Shown: positions 29,349 through 32,000 of the stretch, piece after piece
How the letters are laid out: every line of letters starts with the position of its first letter
How positions within the stretch are numbered: the first letter of the stretch is position 1
DNA from: Halorhodospira halophila SL1
GTDB taxonomy: Bacteria > Pseudomonadota > Gammaproteobacteria > Nitrococcales > Halorhodospiraceae
Length of the DNA: 32,000 bases
NCBI RefSeq assembly: GCF_000015585.1
Contig: NC_008789.1
Coordinates: forward strand, 1,050,001 to 1,082,000
Direction: 5' to 3'
The notes under the pieces: generated by a model
The model's database searches: none
Told to the model about the DNA's origin: nothing
The model's input: only the letters and a program-made list of their open reading frames with translations
Made by a program: the position numbers and the translations under genes

Positions 29349-31271
29349 GTGAGCCTTTCCATCCGTGATCAGCAACAGGATGCCTCCAGGATCCAGCGAC
29401 GGATCGTGGTCGCCGGTGTGCTCTGCATCCTGGTGGTCGCCGGGCTGATGACCCAGATGGTGCGCCTGCAGGTGGTCGATCACCACCACTACGCCACCCT
29501 CTCCCAGGAGAACCGCATCAAGGTCAACGCCATACCACCGAGCCGTGGCCAGATCCTGGACCGCAACGGCGCCATCCTCGCCGAGAACCGCCCCTCGTAC
29601 CAGCTAGTGGCCACGCCGGAACGCATCCCGGATATCGAGACCATGCTCGATGAGGTCAGCGACATCATCGAGCTCACCGACGCCCAGCGCAAGCGTTTCC
29701 TCAACCGCCTGAGCAACTCGCGTCACTTCGAGGCCCTGCCGCTGCGCACCCGGCTCGACGAGGAAGAGGTCGCCAAGCTCGCCGTCCACCGCCACCGCTT
29801 CCCCGGCCTGGAGGTGGACGCCCGGCTGGTGCGCCACTACCCGGAAGGCCACACCGGCAGCCATGCGGTGGGCTACGTAGGGCGCATCACCGCCCGGGAC
29901 CTGCGCCGCATCGACCGCTCGGCCTATCGCGGCACCAACCACATCGGTAAGAGCGGCGTCGAACACGCCTATGAGCAGGTCCTCCACGGCGAGGTGGGCG
30001 TCGAACGCGTCGAGACCAACGCCGCCGGGCGGGTGCTACGCACCCTCGACCGCCACCCGCCGCGCTCCGGTGACGATCTGATCCTGACCCTGGACATCGA
30101 CCTGCAGGCTGCCGCCGAGCGCGCCCTCGGCGATCAGCGCGGGGCGGTGGTGGCCATGGATCCGGACAACGGCGACATCCTGGCCCTGGCCAGTCGCCCG
30201 CACTACGACCCCAACAAGTTCGTCCGGGGCATGACCTCCGAGCGCTTCCAGGAGCTGGAAGACACCGGCTGGCAGCCGCTGATCAACCGGCCGATCCGCG
30301 GGCTCTATCCACCGGCCTCCACCATCAAGCCGTTCGTCGGCCTGGCCGCCCTGGAGCACGACGTCATCCGCCCAGACACCGAGGTCCACTGCGACGGCAC
30401 CTACCATGTGGAGGGTCGCGACGAGCCCTTCCGCTGCTGGCGCGACTGGGGCCATGGCGACACCGACTTCGTCCAGGCCGTGGCCGAGTCTTGCAATGTC
30501 TTCTTCTACGACACCGCCTTCCGCCTCGGCATTGACCGCATGTCGGCGTTCCTGGAACCGTTCGGTTTCGGCACCCCGACTCAGGTAGACACCTCGGGCG
30601 AGCGCAGCGGCATCCTCCCCGATCGCGACTGGAAGCGCCGCGCCCTGGGCGGCGGCTGGTTCCACGGAGAGACGGTGATCACCGGTATCGGCCTGGGCTA
30701 CTTCAGCACCACGCCGCTGCAGCTGGCTCGGGCCACCTCGATCCTCGCCAACCAGGGACGCATCGTGGAACCGCGCCTGGTGCAGGCGGTCCGCGACGGC
30801 GAGCAGGGGCACGAATCACGAACCGCCGCCACTACCCCGCAGGAGCGCATCGAGTTGAGCAACCCGGAGCACTGGGAGCTCACCACCGAGGCCATGCGCG
30901 CCGCCGTCGAGCACCCGCGCGGCACCGCCCGGCTGATCGGCGACGACCTCGAGTACAGCCTGGCCGGCAAGACCGGTACGGCGCAGGTCACCGAGAGCCA
31001 CGAGGACGACGACGCGGACGTCCCCGAGCACCTGCGCAGTCACGCCCTGTTCATCGGGTTTGCCCCGGCGGAGACCCCGGAGATCGCCGTCGTGGTGGTG
31101 GTCGAGAACGCCGAAGGCGGCGGTGGTGCTGCAGCCGCCCCGGTGGCGCGGGCCGTCACCGACGCCTGGCTGATGGATGATTACACCTTCCTCGAGGACC
31201 TGGAGGCCGGCCGCATCGACGAGAGCGAGGTCGAGGACGAGGAGGATGCGCCCATGGAGCTGATGCCATGA
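29349..31271 (+). CDS. mrdA: Penicillin-binding protein 2 (elongasome transpeptidase)
   Basis: GTG 29349 lies 6 nt after GAGG. ENRIKVNAIPPSRGQILDRNG, active-site STIKP (SxxK), SCN (SxN), KTGTA. Acidic C-terminal tail. The stop overlaps the rodA start (ATGA). Confidence 0.93.
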   Translation: MSLSIRDQQQDASRIQRRIVVAGVLCILVVAGLMTQMVRLQVVDHHHYATLSQENRIKVNAIPPSRGQILDRNGAILAENRPSYQLVATPERIPDIETMLDEVSDIIELTDAQRKRFLNRLSNSRHFEALPLRTRLDEEEVAKLAVHRHRFPGLEVDARLVRHYPEGHTGSHAVGYVGRITARDLRRIDRSAYRGTNHIGKSGVEHAYEQVLHGEVGVERVETNAAGRVLRTLDRHPPRSGDDLILTLDIDLQAAAERALGDQRGAVVAMDPDNGDILALASRPHYDPNKFVRGMTSERFQELEDTGWQPLINRPIRGLYPPASTIKPFVGLAALEHDVIRPDTEVHCDGTYHVEGRDEPFRCWRDWGHGDTDFVQAVAESCNVFFYDTAFRLGIDRMSAFLEPFGFGTPTQVDTSGERSGILPDRDWKRRALGGGWFHGETVITGIGLGYFSTTPLQLARATSILANQGRIVEPRLVQAVRDGEQGHESRTAATTPQERIELSNPEHWELTTEAMRAAVEHPRGTARLIGDDLEYSLAGKTGTAQVTESHEDDDADVPEHLRSHALFIGFAPAETPEIAVVVVVENAEGGGGAAAAPVARAVTDAWLMDDYTFLEDLEAGRIDESEVEDEEDAPMELMP

Positions 31272-32000
31272 ACACCAGCGCCCTACCCGGCAGCCAGGGG
31301 GTCGGAGTCCGTCTCTCGTTCCTGCAGTCGCGGCTGCACCTGGACGGACTGCTGCTGACCGCACTGATCGCCGTCGCCGCCTTCGGCGTAGCGGTCCTCT
31401 ACAGCGCCTTCGGGGAGGACTGGGCGCAGACCCAGAATCAGGTCATCCGCGTCTCCTTCGGCTTCCTGGCACTGTTCGCCTGCGCCCAGATCCCGCCGCG
31501 CACCCTGCGCCGCTGGGCACCGTGGGTCTTTGCCGTCGGCATGGTGCTGCTGGCAGCGGTGATGGTCCTGGGCGTCATCGGCCAGGGGGCACAGCGCTGG
31601 ATCGACCTCGGCTTCATGCGCTTCCAGCCGGCCGAATTGATGAAGCTCGCCCTGCCGCTGCTGCTCGCCTGGCTGCTCGCCGACCACGATATCCCGCCCC
31701 GGCCCCGGCGCGTCATGCTGGCCCTAGTGTTGATCACCGTGCCGGCGGCGCTGATCGCGATACAGCCGGACCTGGGCACCGCCATGCTGGTCGCGGCATC
31801 GGGATTCTTCATCCTCTTCCTGGCCGGCCTGGGCTGGCGCTGGATCGTGGGCGGCGCCGCCCTGGCCAGCGCCATTGCGCCACTGCTCTGGTTCTTTGTC
31901 ATGCACGACTACCAGCGCGCACGGGTGCTGACGTTTCTCAACCCCGAGAACGACCCCCTGGGCGCGGGGTACCACATCATCCAGTCGAAGATCGCCATCG
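31268..32000 (+). CDS. rodA: SEDS-family peptidoglycan polymerase RodA, 3' end cut by the window edge
   Basis: It is not in the ORF track because no stop occurs in the window. ATG 31268. The translation contains GAQRWIDLGFMRFQPAELMKLALP, IQPDLGTAML and DPLGAGYHIIQSKIAI, collinear with E. coli RodA. Confidence 0.9.
   Translation, partial: MNTSALPGSQGVGVRLSFLQSRLHLDGLLLTALIAVAAFGVAVLYSAFGEDWAQTQNQVIRVSFGFLALFACAQIPPRTLRRWAPWVFAVGMVLLAAVMVLGVIGQGAQRWIDLGFMRFQPAELMKLALPLLLAWLLADHDIPPRPRRVMLALVLITVPAALIAIQPDLGTAMLVAASGFFILFLAGLGWRWIVGGAALASAIAPLLWFFVMHDYQRARVLTFLNPENDPLGAGYHIIQSKIAI

Overview
Very GC-rich (by eye about two-thirds G+C, not computed), tightly packed chromosomal core region of a gammaproteobacterium. 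I call 34 protein genes (2 cut by the window edges) and 2 tRNAs. The order ychF-pth-rplY-prs-tRNA(Gln)-ispE-lolB-TPR // hemA-prfA ... prmC-moeB, then hslO-gatBAC // mreBCD-mrdA-rodA, matches what I remember of Pseudomonas-type synteny. Strongly acidic tails on several proteins suggest a halophile; an Ectothiorhodospiraceae-like organism is only a guess. Left to right: cls (partial), FAD-linked oxidase, mlaA, small hypothetical, Rnl3-type RNA ligase, dxs, SAM methyltransferase, tRNA-Met, HPF/RaiA-like, ychF, pth, rplY, prs, tRNA-Gln, ispE, lolB, TPR lipoprotein, hemA, prfA, dksA, DAHP synthase, ClpX-like ATPase, Trm112-like, prmC, moeB, hslO, gatB, gatA, gatC, mreB, mreC, mreD, mrdA, rodA (partial). 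Many ORF-track entries are N-terminally over-extended or are antisense artefacts of the GC-rich sequence, so I re-picked starts from homology, SD sequences and neighbouring stops. I see no CRISPR array, IS element, integrase, prophage or obvious defence island, and no clear-cut novel multi-gene system. The best leads are single genes and junctions: (1) an archaeal-type Pab1020/Rnl3 RNA ligase 13 nt behind dxs; (2) a divergent orphan ClpX paralog with altered pore-1 and missing RKH loops; (3) a Cys-poor, insertion-bearing Trm112-like gene directly upstream of prmC; (4) a ~3.4 kb block splitting the usual hemA-prfA-prmC cluster; (5) mreC apparently starting at an AUU codon; (6) MlaA with Trp/Asp-rich tails. 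All functional readings are inference and no database search was possible.
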